A DNA stretch of 64,000 nt, taken from Dehalococcoidia bacterium. Its GTDB lineage: Bacteria; Chloroflexota; Dehalococcoidia; Bin125. Below the pieces are notes generated by a model, which was not told the DNA's origin, did no database searches, and saw only the letters and a program-made list of their open reading frames with translations. Location of the stretch: positions 1,088,001 through 1,152,000 of the forward strand of contig OY820591.1 of assembly GCA_963555985.3 (NCBI GenBank), in the 5' to 3' direction. Shown piece by piece: positions 46,627 through 58,935 of this stretch. The translations under genes and the position numbers were made by a program. Within the stretch, counting starts at the first letter, position 1. Each line of letters starts with the position of its first letter.

Positions 46627-47640
46627 CTACCGAAATCTCGGCATGACCTCTTGGGCGAAGAGTTCGATGCTGCGGCGGGCGAGTTCGCGGGAGGCTCCGG
46701 GCGGGACCGGGGAGGTGATGATGTGGTCGGCGGGGATCCAGTCGAGGGTGCGGTCGATGGCGGCGGCGACGTCGTCGGGGGTTCCGGCGACGAAGCGGGC
46801 GCGGAGGTCTTCGTCGGTGTGGTGTAGGAATTGTCCGAGCGGATCGTCTGCGCCGAGGTCGGAGGCGTCGCTGTACCACTTGCCGTAGGTGTCGCGGAGG
46901 TAGCGCTGGTGGGGTTTGAGTTCTTGCCAGAGGGCTTCGGGGTCGTCGGTGACGTAACCGCCGGCGGAGAGCAGGACTTCTAGGTCGGCGGGGTCGTCGC
47001 CCTGTTCGCGGAGGGCGTCGGCCCAGGCGTCGTAGACGGGGCGGTCGGCGACGATCATGAGGTTGGCGCGGAAGCGTGCGGCGCGGCGGGCGGCGGCCTC
47101 GGAGCGTGCGCCGACCCAGAGCGGGAAGGGCTGCTGGATTGGGGGCGGCGTGACGGTCACGTCTTTGACCTGGTAGTGGCGTCCGTCGAGGGTGACGGAT
47201 TCGCCGGCCAGTGTGCGGGTGATGAGCTCGAGGGATTCGTCCATGATGCTGGCGCGGTGGCGACGGTTGACGCCGAAGCCTTCGAACTCCTCGATTCGGT
47301 AGCCGAGCCCGACGCCGAGGTCAAGGCGGCCGTTGGAGAGGATATCGACGGTGGCGGCGTCCTCGGCGACGCGGATGGCGTTGTGGAGGGGGAGCAGAAG
47401 GACCCAGGTGCCGATGCGGACGCGGGTGGTGAGGCGGGCGATGGCGGCGGCGATGGGGAGGACGGAGGGGGTGTAGCCGTCGTCGATGAAGTGGTGCTCG
47501 GTGATCCAGATGTGGTCGTAGCCGAGTGCTTCGGCGTAGACGATCTCTTCGAGCAGTTCGTCGTAGAACTGGGCCCAGGGTTTGCGCCACTGGGGTGGAT
47601 TGCGGAAGTCGTAGATGAGGCCGAACTTGAGCATGTCCAT
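46627..47640 (-). CDS. LLM-class flavin-dependent oxidoreductase
   Basis: WITEHHF, RVAEDAATVDILSNGRLDLGVGLGYR. Confidence 0.92.
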   Translation of the reverse strand: MDMLKFGLIYDFRNPPQWRKPWAQFYDELLEEIVYAEALGYDHIWITEHHFIDDGYTPSVLPIAAAIARLTTRVRIGTWVLLLPLHNAIRVAEDAATVDILSNGRLDLGVGLGYRIEEFEGFGVNRRHRASIMDESLELITRTLAGESVTLDGRHYQVKDVTVTPPPIQQPFPLWVGARSEAAARRAARFRANLMIVADRPVYDAWADALREQGDDPADLEVLLSAGGYVTDDPEALWQELKPHQRYLRDTYGKWYSDASDLGADDPLGQFLHHTDEDLRARFVAGTPDDVAAAIDRTLDWIPADHIITSPVPPGASRELARRSIELFAQEVMPRFR

Positions 47641-47700
47641 AGAGTAACTGAGCCGCGGCCGGGGAGCCGGCCGCGGCTGCGCAGTTGGTTGTCGATTGCG

Positions 47701-49008
47701 TTAGTTGCTCGTGATCACCGCGCCATTGACCCACGGGGTGTAGTGCAGCGCTCCTGCGGTTGCGCGGACCGAGACCAGGGAGGATTGGGCTGCGCCGGCG
47801 TCGTTGACGGTGAAGCTCACGTTGGTTTGGTCGTTTTGATAGCCGTACGAGTCCGAACCGCACTCGGTCCAGCTCTGGCCGTCGTCGGAGCTGCACACGA
47901 TGTCGTAGGCGATTGTCTCGCCCCAACCGACGGGCCGAGTCCAGGTCACGGTGAGGGTGTCGCCGGTGGCGATCGCCGCGACGTTGGCGGGCTGCTTCAA
48001 GGGCGGGTCGATGCGTGGGAAGTTCATCCACTCGCTTTCGCCGACCGCGTTGACGGCCTGGAGTGCGAATCGGTAGGGCCAGCCTTTGTTGGCGGCGTTG
48101 ATGTGGACGTTCTCATTGCTCCCTCGCGACATGTAGGCGCGTCGCTGCCAGGACGCGCCGTGATCGAGGCTCCAGTTGAGGTTGTAGCCCTGTACGGGTG
48201 CGCCGCGGCCGCTAGGGATATCCCAGCTGAGCACCAAGCCGACGTGGGGATACCACCGAGATTGACCATTGCGCGGCGACTCGGGGCCGTTGTAGAGCGT
48301 GAGCGCGCCGGAGTTGCGCCAGCCGCCCCCGCCGAGGGCATTGAGGGCGCGGACGGCGACGATGTAGTTGAGCTGATCTCCGCCGCCAAAGAGCGAGGCG
48401 ATGTCGTCCTCAACTGTGTGCGCAGCGCCGCTCGCATAGCTGGCGGGCGCGTCGGCGCAGCCGTACCAACTCTTGCCCCCGTCGACGCTGCAAGAGACAT
48501 GATAGGAGGTAATCGGCGAATTGCCGTCGGCGGGGACGTTCCAACTGGCGAGCACAGAGTTGCCGTGTTGAGAGACTGTGAGCGCGCCGATCTGGCCGGG
48601 CGCCGTGACGGGCGCGATCACGGAAGAGTTCACCCAGCCGCTGGATACGCCATTGCGCTCGGCTTGGATGGCGACCAGCAAGCTGCTGCTGTTGGAGTTG
48701 ATCGGGACGTCAGTACTGGGGTTGGCGCTGGCTGAGGAGAAGTCCTTGCAGCGCGACCAGCTCGAGCCTTGGTTGTAGCTGCAATTGACGGCGTAGTTGG
48801 TCGCGGTCGCATCGGGCATGGTGAAGGAGACGGTGAAGCTGAGGTGTTTGCGGATAACCTGGAGATTGGCCGGCGCCGGCGTGCTTTGGGCCGACCCGAT
48901 CTGCACGCTGCCGGCGAACGCGCTCAGTATAGCGAACAACATCAGTATTGTAGCGCTAACGGCGATTGACGGCGGATGGACTGACAGTCGGCTGATTCGA
49001 TTGTTCAT
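47701..49008 (-). CDS. Secreted fibronectin type III repeat protein
   Basis: Signal peptide; four FN3-like units (SWNVPADGNSPITSY, VRALNALG) with SxDxGxSW Asp-box motifs. Confidence 0.8.
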   Translation of the reverse strand: MNNRISRLSVHPPSIAVSATILMLFAILSAFAGSVQIGSAQSTPAPANLQVIRKHLSFTVSFTMPDATATNYAVNCSYNQGSSWSRCKDFSSASANPSTDVPINSNSSSLLVAIQAERNGVSSGWVNSSVIAPVTAPGQIGALTVSQHGNSVLASWNVPADGNSPITSYHVSCSVDGGKSWYGCADAPASYASGAAHTVEDDIASLFGGGDQLNYIVAVRALNALGGGGWRNSGALTLYNGPESPRNGQSRWYPHVGLVLSWDIPSGRGAPVQGYNLNWSLDHGASWQRRAYMSRGSNENVHINAANKGWPYRFALQAVNAVGESEWMNFPRIDPPLKQPANVAAIATGDTLTVTWTRPVGWGETIAYDIVCSSDDGQSWTECGSDSYGYQNDQTNVSFTVNDAGAAQSSLVSVRATAGALHYTPWVNGAVITSN

Positions 49009-49163
49009 CTCACGCCTCACTTCCGTTACGACGAATGTCTCTGTTCGTGTTGCCCAGTATATACAGTATGGACCGCACGCGACATATAGCTATCGGAACG
49101 TTGCTCGTTCGCTAGTGATGTACGGGCTTATAACGAAACGGGCGACGTTCTCGAATTGCTCGA

Positions 49164-50081
49164 TTACAACGTGATTCGTCCGCCGAGGGGGATGTCGAGC
49201 AGTTCGGAGCGGGGGGCGACGTGATTGAGTTCGTTCTTGACGGGGGCGAGCGCGTCGGGGCCGGTCATGTCGTGGGTCATGGGCGGCATCCAGTCGTCGT
49301 GGTGTCCGAGCACGATGCGCGGGGCGCGGAGCATGTCGGACATGCGCCCGACGAACTGGGCGAGCGAGCCCTGGATCGGTTCGCCGTCGATGTTGGGGCG
49401 TCCGGCCATGGCGACGATGGCGACGTCGGGACGCATATTTTGGACGACGCCGGTCCAGCAGCCGGAGGTGTCGTGGTAGAAGATCGCGCCGTGGGGGGTG
49501 TCGATCAGGTAGGCGAGCGCGCCGCCGGTGTCGTTGGAGCCGAGGCAGGTGGCGACGTGGTCGACCATCTGGTTGTGCGCTTCGGGGCCTAAGTCCTGCG
49601 AACGCTCGCCCAGCGAGCCGCCGATGTCGATGGTGCGCCGGCCGCCCCAGCGTTCTGCTTCGGTGAGGCCGTATTGGCCGAGGACGATCTTGCCCGGGTC
49701 CCATGAGCCGGTCGTCCAGATGCAGGAGTGGAGGCTGGGGAAGACCTCGACGGTGATGTCTTTGGCGATGCGATGGCGCTCTCCGCCCTGGGAGCGGAGG
49801 AGCTGATCTTCGGAGATGCCGGCTTCGAGCAGGACGCGGGCGGACTCGTTGGAGCCGATGATGGGCGCGCCGGTGTTGGCGGCGATGACTTCTGCGCCGG
49901 CGATGTGGTCGAAGTGGGAGTGTCCAACGAGGATCGCGTCGGCGCGGGAGATGTCGGCGGCGGTCAGTCCGACATCGGGGGCGGAGGGGACGCGGTCGAT
50001 GTAGGCGTCGAGCATGATTACGGTGTCGTCGACCTGGAGTCTGAAGGTCGCGCAGCCGAGCCAGTCGAGGGTCAGGGTCAT
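49164..50081 (-). CDS. MBL-fold metallo-hydrolase
   Basis: GHSHFDH motif; WLGCATF N-terminus; GHHDDW. Confidence 0.88.
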   Translation of the reverse strand: MTLTLDWLGCATFRLQVDDTVIMLDAYIDRVPSAPDVGLTAADISRADAILVGHSHFDHIAGAEVIAANTGAPIIGSNESARVLLEAGISEDQLLRSQGGERHRIAKDITVEVFPSLHSCIWTTGSWDPGKIVLGQYGLTEAERWGGRRTIDIGGSLGERSQDLGPEAHNQMVDHVATCLGSNDTGGALAYLIDTPHGAIFYHDTSGCWTGVVQNMRPDVAIVAMAGRPNIDGEPIQGSLAQFVGRMSDMLRAPRIVLGHHDDWMPPMTHDMTGPDALAPVKNELNHVAPRSELLDIPLGGRITL

Positions 50082-50129
50082 GGCGGGCCTCCGGTGGTTG
50101 CGCTCGGAGGGTAGCGGGTCGAGGTTCCG

Positions 50130-50486
50130 CTACAGCGGGAGAACCTCACGTGGAACGAGTCGTTCACCAAAAGGATCTACTGCCAACGCGAGGCCCTCCA
50201 AAGTGTACGCCCCCAGCAAGGTGGGTCCGCCGTTCTCACCGAAAGCGACGATGGTCGTGACGATCTCGCCGTCGATCTGCACACGGGCCTCACCGATGTC
50301 CATGCTGACAACTCGGCCGTCGGCGACGCGGAAGCGACGTGTCCTGGTCGGTTCCACTCCAAGCTCTTCGAGCACGTGCTTGGGCAGCGTCGTATAGAAC
50401 GCGCCGGTATCGACCAGTGCCTCAATCTCGCGGGATTCGCCGCTAGCCGGATTCGAAACGGTCATCGGATGGTTGAACGTGCTCAT
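50130..50486 (-). CDS. Clan AA (retropepsin-like) aspartic protease
   Basis: ALVDTGA, LLGAYTLEGL. Confidence 0.85.
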   Translation of the reverse strand: MSTFNHPMTVSNPASGESREIEALVDTGAFYTTLPKHVLEELGVEPTRTRRFRVADGRVVSMDIGEARVQIDGEIVTTIVAFGENGGPTLLGAYTLEGLALAVDPFGERLVPREVLPL

Positions 50487-50567
50487 GCAGACAGGGTACC
50501 CGCATGGGTGACGGTCATGTAGAGCCTCCGAATCTGTGGCTTGGAGGCTAGTGGGTAGAATCGGAGT

Positions 50568-50924
50568 TCAGTACATGATCATGGTCGCTGGCACCAGACG
50601 CTGCTCGCCTGGATCGACGGCGAGCGCCAGTCCCTCAAGCGTGTACGCGCCCAGCAAGGCGGGGCCGTTGTCCCGGCCGAAGAACACGATTGTCACCTCT
50701 CGCTCGCCATCGATCGTCGCCCACGCACGCCCATAGTCCATGTCTACTCGACTTCCATCTGCGAGGAGCAACCGTCGCGTACCAATCGTTTCGACGCCTA
50801 GCTCGCGCAGGAATCGGCCGGGAAGCACCGTGTACGCCGCGCCTGTGTCGACGATGGCATCGATTTCGCGGGAATGCCGCTCGTCAAGGTCGGCGATTTC
50901 GATTGGATAGCTGAAGGTTCCCAT
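50568..50924 (-). CDS. Clan AA aspartic protease (paralog)
   Basis: AIVDTGA, LLGAYTLEGL. Confidence 0.85.
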   Translation of the reverse strand: MGTFSYPIEIADLDERHSREIDAIVDTGAAYTVLPGRFLRELGVETIGTRRLLLADGSRVDMDYGRAWATIDGEREVTIVFFGRDNGPALLGAYTLEGLALAVDPGEQRLVPATMIMY

Positions 50925-50956
50925 GCGGGTAGCGTATCCGAGTCCCCAAGCACGGA

Positions 50957-52219
50957 TCAGGCCGAAACGATCCGCAGCCAGTTTCGGCGGCCGATCTTGA
51001 GTTCGTCGCCTGCTCTGAGCGTTGCTCTGGCCTCGGTGGTGCGCTGGCCGTTGATCTGGACGGCTCCCTGGCGGATGAGACGCTTGGCTTCGGCGTTGCT
51101 GGCGGCGGCTCCGTTGCTGCTGATTAGATTCGCGAGTGTGACCACGATCGAATCAGCTTCGGAGAAGTCGAGCGCGGCTTCGGGCATCTCGGAAGGTGCG
51201 TCGCGCTGGGAGAAGACTCGATTCCACTCGGCTTCGGCTTCGGCTGCGGCGTCGTCTCCGTGCCATTCGCGGACGATCGAGTGGGCGAGCGCTTTCTTGG
51301 CGTCCATCGGTTTGAGCGCGCCTGATTTGAGGTCGGCGAGCAGGGCGTCGACTTCTTCGTTGGGGACTCCGGTGCCGTGGATGAAGAACTCTCCGATTGA
51401 GTCGTCCGGAATCGACATGGCCTTGCCGTACTGCTCGTTGGGCGGCTCATCGATGCCGATGTAGTTGCCGGTGCTTTTGGACATGCGTTGCTTGCCGTCG
51501 GTGCCGACCAGAATGGGCGTGAGCACTGCGACCTGCGGTGGTTGACCCGCGCGTTCTTGGAGGGTGCGGCCGCAGCCGATGTTGAAGGTTTGGTCGGTGC
51601 CGCCAAGTTGTACGTCCGCTTCCAAAGCTACGGCGTCTTGGCCTTGCATGAGTCCGTACATGAACTCGTGGACGTAGACGGGATCGCCGGCGGCGAGGCG
51701 TTTGGCGAAGGTGTCGCGCTGCTGGAACTGTTGGAGGGTGAAGTTGGAGGCGAGATTGATGACGTCGCCGAAGGAGAGCTTGCCCAGCCAATCGCTGTTG
51801 CGGCGGACTTCGGTGCGGTCGGGATCGAGCAATTTGAAGGCCTGCTCTCGGTAGGTGCGAGCGTTTTCTTCGAGGATGGCGGCGGCTTGCATGGGGCGGG
51901 CGGAGTCTTTGTCGGAGGGGTCTCCGACCAAGCCGGTGAAGTCGCCGATCAGGAGGATGGCTTGGTGACCGAGTTGCTGGAAGAGGGCGAGTTTGCGCAG
52001 GGTGACGCAGTGTCCGATATGGAGATCGGGTGAGGTTGGATCGACACCGAGGTAGACGCGCAGGGGGCGGTTCTGGCTCAGAGATTCGGTGAGTCGCTCA
52101 CGTAGCTCGCGTTCCATCGTGGCGCGGGTCTGTTCGTCGCCGTAGGCGGTACCGCGCATGATCAGCGCGTGCTGGCGCTCGACTTCGGCGAGAAGCTCTG
52201 GGCTGTGTTGGTCACTCAT
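50957..52219 (-). CDS. tyrS: Tyrosine--tRNA ligase
   Basis: GVDPTSPDLHIGH, GGTDQTFN, RMSKS, C-terminal S4 domain. Confidence 0.95.
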   Translation of the reverse strand: MSDQHSPELLAEVERQHALIMRGTAYGDEQTRATMERELRERLTESLSQNRPLRVYLGVDPTSPDLHIGHCVTLRKLALFQQLGHQAILLIGDFTGLVGDPSDKDSARPMQAAAILEENARTYREQAFKLLDPDRTEVRRNSDWLGKLSFGDVINLASNFTLQQFQQRDTFAKRLAAGDPVYVHEFMYGLMQGQDAVALEADVQLGGTDQTFNIGCGRTLQERAGQPPQVAVLTPILVGTDGKQRMSKSTGNYIGIDEPPNEQYGKAMSIPDDSIGEFFIHGTGVPNEEVDALLADLKSGALKPMDAKKALAHSIVREWHGDDAAAEAEAEWNRVFSQRDAPSEMPEAALDFSEADSIVVTLANLISSNGAAASNAEAKRLIRQGAVQINGQRTTEARATLRAGDELKIGRRNWLRIVSA

Positions 52220-52239
52220 CGATTCGCTCCGGCAGGCGG

Positions 52240-53196
52240 TCAGGCGGGAAGTGCGGCGAGTAGGTCGCGGGCGGCGTCGCGGTCGCGTCCGATCTGTTCA
52301 ACGAGTGCGGCAACACCATCGAACTTGCGCTCACCGCGCAGGCGCTCAACGAACTCGACGCGCAGGTCGGTTCCGTAGATGTCGTCGTCGAAGTCCATGA
52401 TGTGGCACTCGATCGAGAGTCCGCCGCCATCGTCGAAGGTTGGGCGGACGCCGATGTTGGTGACCGAAGGAACCGGGCCATCCTGGAGATGGGCGATGGT
52501 GGCGTAGACGCCGGGTCCGGGGATGGCGCGGTCGTTGCCGATGGCGACGTTGGCGGTCGGGAAGCCGATTGAGCGTCCGCGCTTGAAGCCGACGATGACG
52601 GGTCCGTGCAGGGAGAAGCGGCGTCCGAGCAAGCGACCGACCTGGGCGACGTCGCCTTCGAGCAGGCAGCGGCGGATTTCAGTTGAGGAGACTTTCTCGT
52701 CGCCGTCCTCTGGTCGGGCGCTTGTGAGTAGGTCGATGACTTCGACCTCGAAGCCGAGCTGTTGGCCGAGTGCAGCGAGAGTTTCGGGATCGCCGCCGCG
52801 CTGTCGACCGAGGGCGAAGTCTTCGCCGATGATGAGGCGTGCGAGCTGGAATTCCTCAACCAGGGTTTGGACGAAATCACCGGCATCGGTTTGGGCGAAC
52901 TCGGAGGTGAAGCTGACGGTGGCGACGGCGTCCAGTCCGCAAGCCATGAGCAGAGAGAGGCGGTCTTCGAGGCTGGTGACGTACTCGGTGGTGAGGTCTG
53001 GTCGGAGAACTTGGCGAGGGTGCGGGTGAAAGGTGATGGCGGCGGCTGCGAGTTGATGTGAGCGGGCGCTGTCGATGACGTGGCGGAGGACGGCTTGGTG
53101 TCCGCGGTGGACGCCGTCGAAGACGCCGATCGTGAGGGCGGTAGGGCGTCCTGGTGCGGCGCGCCTCAGTTCGATTCGCGCCAACTCAGTGACCAC
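52240..53196 (-). CDS. ribF: Bifunctional riboflavin kinase/FAD synthetase
   Basis: IGVFDGVHRGH, VSSTEIR, GFPTAN, NIGVRPTF. Confidence 0.95.
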   Translation of the reverse strand: MVTELARIELRRAAPGRPTALTIGVFDGVHRGHQAVLRHVIDSARSHQLAAAAITFHPHPRQVLRPDLTTEYVTSLEDRLSLLMACGLDAVATVSFTSEFAQTDAGDFVQTLVEEFQLARLIIGEDFALGRQRGGDPETLAALGQQLGFEVEVIDLLTSARPEDGDEKVSSTEIRRCLLEGDVAQVGRLLGRRFSLHGPVIVGFKRGRSIGFPTANVAIGNDRAIPGPGVYATIAHLQDGPVPSVTNIGVRPTFDDGGGLSIECHIMDFDDDIYGTDLRVEFVERLRGERKFDGVAALVEQIGRDRDAARDLLAALPA

Positions 53197-53271
53197 GGGG
53201 TTTGGCCTTCCGTGTGGGCAGGGGATTTCGGGGAACTCAGCGTATCACCGGGTTGAGCTTGCTTTCGGTCG

Positions 53272-53322
53272 GACCCCCCTCTGTCCCTACGGGACATCTC
53301 CCCCCGCACTGCGGGGGGAGAG
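53272..53322. repeat. REP-like repeat family 1
   Basis: Reverse complement of 15030-15080 with one loop mismatch. Confidence 0.85.
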
Positions 53323-53359
53323 GGGAAGGTGTGGATGCGGCGATGCTTGTAGCATCCAG

Positions 53360-55828
<2,469 letters not shown>

Positions 55829-55942
55829 GCTCTGCGTCTCCTGCGCGCGTGATCCAAGGGGAGATCAAGGGTGGGCGATGGGTATCGTCAGCGTACAACG
55901 CGGGTATCCTGCCGGAGAGTGGTAATCAGGAGAGGCGAGACG

Positions 55943-56449
55943 GTGTCAACAGACGCAGCAGGTCCGACGGTAGCGGTGATGATGGGATCGCACTCCGACT
56001 GGGAGACGATGCGGCGGACGGCTGCAACGCTCGACCAGCTTGGGATTAGCTGGGAAGCGCGGGTGCTCTCGATTCACCGCACGCCGACTGAGGCGACGGA
56101 GTACGCCGCGAGCGCTGCGGGTCGGGGGATTCAGGTGATCATTGCGGGCGCAGGAGGATCGGCGGCGCTGCCGGGGGCAGTGGCGGCGATCAGCGATTTG
56201 CCGGTGATTGGCGTGCCGGTCAAGGGCTGGGCGACGGACGGTCTGGATTCGCTGTTGTCGATTGCGCAGATGCCGCGCGGCGTGCCGGTGGGGGCGGTCG
56301 CGATCGGTTCGCACGGGGCGGTGAACGCGGCCTTGCTGGCGGCTCGGATTCTGGCGCTGCATGATGCAGAGATCACGTCCGCGCTGGTTGCATACCGAGA
56401 GGCGCGGGCACGGGAAGCGCTGGATGCGCCCCATCCTTCGCTTGACTGA
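55943..56449 (+). CDS. purE: N5-CAIR mutase
   Basis: MGSHSD, SIHRTP, IAGAGG.AALPG, QMPRGVPV. Confidence 0.93.
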   Translation: MSTDAAGPTVAVMMGSHSDWETMRRTAATLDQLGISWEARVLSIHRTPTEATEYAASAAGRGIQVIIAGAGGSAALPGAVAAISDLPVIGVPVKGWATDGLDSLLSIAQMPRGVPVGAVAIGSHGAVNAALLAARILALHDAEITSALVAYREARAREALDAPHPSLD

Positions 56450-56457
56450 TTGTTGCG

Positions 56458-56976
56458 ATGGCTGTTCATCCGATCACTACGCTGCCGCGAAATGCCGACG
56501 TGTTGCGCACGCCGGCGCGACGGGTGCGTCGTTTCGATGCGTCCTTGCGGGCGCTGGTCGCGGATTTGATCGACTCGATGTACGCGGCGCATGGAGTGGG
56601 CATTGCTGCGCCACAGATTGGGGTTGGGTTGCGGGTGATCGTGATTGGGATGCCCGGGGAGCGGCCGTTTGTGATGGTGAATCCGGAGATCGTGAAACGG
56701 AGCGGGGAGCGCTCGCTGATCGAGGGGTGTTTGAGCGTACCCGGCTATCGAGGGCGGGTGACTCGTTCGATGCGGGTGTTGGCGAAGGCGCAGGATTTGT
56801 CGGGACGGGAGATCCGGATTCGGGCGGAGGATGACTTGCTCGCTCAGTGTCTGGAGCACGAGATCGATCATGTCAACGGCCGGGTGTACATCGATCACGT
56901 TCCCAGCCCCGACGTACTGTGGACGCTGGACGAGATGATCGAAGATGAGGACGATGAGGATGAGCCTGACGAGTGA
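56458..56976 (+). CDS. def: Peptide deformylase
   Basis: GIAAPQ, EGCLS, HEIDH. Confidence 0.95.
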   Translation: MAVHPITTLPRNADVLRTPARRVRRFDASLRALVADLIDSMYAAHGVGIAAPQIGVGLRVIVIGMPGERPFVMVNPEIVKRSGERSLIEGCLSVPGYRGRVTRSMRVLAKAQDLSGREIRIRAEDDLLAQCLEHEIDHVNGRVYIDHVPSPDVLWTLDEMIEDEDDEDEPDE

Positions 56977-58399
56977 TGATCTCCGAGTGCTCGCTGAAGC
57001 CGACGAATCGGACGGTGTTTGGATTGTGGGGGGCGCGGTTCGGGACGCCCTCTTAGATAGGCACTCTCGAAATGCGGAGCTGGATTTGGTCGCGACCGGG
57101 GGGGAGGCTTGGGCGCAGGGAGCAGCAGCGGCGCTGGGTGCTTCGCTGGCGCGGATCAGCGCGAGTTTTCCGATTTGGCAGATCGTGCGGGATGGAAAGC
57201 CGCTCGCGGACGTCTGGCAGCTTGAGACGGATTTGGCTACCGATCTGCGCCGGCGCGACTTCACGGTGAATGCGATGGCGGTACCGCTGCGGGACTTTGC
57301 CGGGGGCGAGATTTTGCCCAATCTGGTGGATTTGTGCGGGGGACGTGAGGATCTGGCGGCGCGGCGGCTGCGGCTGGTGTCGGGCTCGGCGTTGATGGCG
57401 GATCCGCTGCGGGTGCTTCGGGCTGTGCGGTTTGAGAGTGAACTTGGATTGCGTCCTGACGCCGGGCTTCGGAGTGCAATGCGGGAGTCGGCGGGGCTGC
57501 TCTCCGGCGTCTCAGGGGAGCGTGTCTCGGCAGAGCTTGAGCGGATCGTGGTTGGGGATGGGTTTGCTTGGTCGCTGCGGCGGCTAGAGCAGTGCGGGGC
57601 GCTTGGGCGTCTGTTTCCTGAGCTGGAGCATTGCCGTGGGGTTGACCAGCGTCCAGTGCATCGGCGCGATGTGTTCTGGCACCAGTACGATGCCGTGCGC
57701 TGGATTATGCGGCTGACGGAGGATCGGCCTCCGCGCGGCGCGGTCGCACGAGAGTTTTGGACGGCTTTGGAACCGATCCGTGAGCAGGAGCAGGTTCGTA
57801 CAGCTCTGAAGCAGTGGCGGCTGCCGCTGCGAATCGCCACGCTGCTGCACGACATCGGCAAGCCGGATACGCGCGAGGTAGGGGCGGACGGACGCACGCA
57901 TTTCTACGGGCATTCCGAGCTTGGTGCCGGTCTCGCCGCGGTACGGCTGCGCGAGCTTCGCTTTCCGTCGCGTCTGATCGGGCAGGTGCGGTTGTTGATT
58001 GAGCAGCATCTTCGCCCCGGACAGGTGGCAGCGCCGGGGCAGGCTCCGACCAACCGAGCGCTGCATCGATTCCATAGCGCCTTGGGCGATGCCGCCGCGC
58101 CGTTGTGTTGGCTGTTTCTGGCCGACTCGCTGGCAACGGCGGGGTCATCAGCGCTGCTCCCCCGTTGGGGGGCATATGGCGCGCATGTCGGGCGTATCCT
58201 CGCGTGGGAGCCGCTCCGTTCTGTGGCTGCGCCGCGACTGCTTGACGGGCGCGGGATCATGGAGGCCGCGGGCATTGGTCCCGGCCCGCAAGTGGGGGCC
58301 ATTCTGCGTGAGATCGAGGAACGCGCCGCGCTCGGAGAGATCGAAACGGCGGAAGAGGCCCGCCAACTGGCGCGCGAACTCGCAACCGCACCCGCATAG
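56960..58399 (+). CDS. Class II tRNA nucleotidyltransferase with HD domain
   Basis: VGGAVRD, RRDFTVNAMA, DPLRVLRAVRF, LLHDIGKP. Confidence 0.85.
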   Translation: MSLTSDDLRVLAEADESDGVWIVGGAVRDALLDRHSRNAELDLVATGGEAWAQGAAAALGASLARISASFPIWQIVRDGKPLADVWQLETDLATDLRRRDFTVNAMAVPLRDFAGGEILPNLVDLCGGREDLAARRLRLVSGSALMADPLRVLRAVRFESELGLRPDAGLRSAMRESAGLLSGVSGERVSAELERIVVGDGFAWSLRRLEQCGALGRLFPELEHCRGVDQRPVHRRDVFWHQYDAVRWIMRLTEDRPPRGAVAREFWTALEPIREQEQVRTALKQWRLPLRIATLLHDIGKPDTREVGADGRTHFYGHSELGAGLAAVRLRELRFPSRLIGQVRLLIEQHLRPGQVAAPGQAPTNRALHRFHSALGDAAAPLCWLFLADSLATAGSSALLPRWGAYGAHVGRILAWEPLRSVAAPRLLDGRGIMEAAGIGPGPQVGAILREIEERAALGEIETAEEARQLARELATAPA

Positions 58400-58431
58400 C
58401 GCGGGTCGCTCAGCATCGAAACGATCTGCTC

Positions 58432-58773
58432 ATGGCTGAAGTTCTACTCATCACTGCGCTCGTCGTGGCGCTGTTCTTTCTCTTCTTCATTCGTCCGGCG
58501 CGCTCGGAGGAACGCCGCCGTCAGCGCGATCTGAACGACCTTGAGGTAGGCGACACCGTGTTGACGCGGGGCGGTCTGATCGCGCGGGTGGATGGGGTTG
58601 AAACGCCGGAGGATGGGCCGATGGTGTTGCTGCTGCGATTTTCGGAGACGGTCGTGGTTCGGGCGCGAACGGGCGCGATTGCGGAGCGGATCGAGGCGTC
58701 GCAGTACGAGCCGGAGACGGTTGACGGCGAGGACGAATCTGAGCCGGTGGAGGACGAACGGGCAGTTCGTTAG
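58432..58773 (+). CDS. yajC: Preprotein translocase subunit YajC
   Basis: N-terminal TM + FIRP, LEVGDTVLTRGGL; upstream of secDF. Confidence 0.88.
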   Translation: MAEVLLITALVVALFFLFFIRPARSEERRRQRDLNDLEVGDTVLTRGGLIARVDGVETPEDGPMVLLLRFSETVVVRARTGAIAERIEASQYEPETVDGEDESEPVEDERAVR

Positions 58774-58892
58774 GGGGCTTTTGGGAGACTTGTGCGTCAT
58801 TCCGTGTTGGAAGGGTTGTCTTGAGGATGCTCTGTCGCGGAGTGATTGGGGGTGGTGAGGTGTGATGTGGTCGGGAGGACTGTGTGGGTCTC

Positions 58893-58935
58893 ACCCCCTC
58901 TGCCCCGTTGGGGCCTCTCCCGCTCAAGGAGGAGA
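58893..58935. repeat. Degenerate REP-like repeat family 1
   Basis: accccctctgccccgttggggcctctcccgctcaaggaggaga has the same two-hairpin layout. Confidence 0.5.

Noticed and set aside
49021-49163. AT-richer gap as replication origin
   Set aside because: No TTATCCACA-like boxes and no skew change here; more likely the promoter of the FN3 gene
55829-55942. T-box riboswitch upstream of leuS (also tyrS, lysS, trpE)
   Set aside because: Intergenic regions are too short or lack the GGTGGNACC T-box sequence
58775-58890. G/T-rich gap as a fourth copy of the dispersed element
   Set aside because: Only a weak cacacagtcc match; no TGTCAC spacing match and no 10-bp periodic tract
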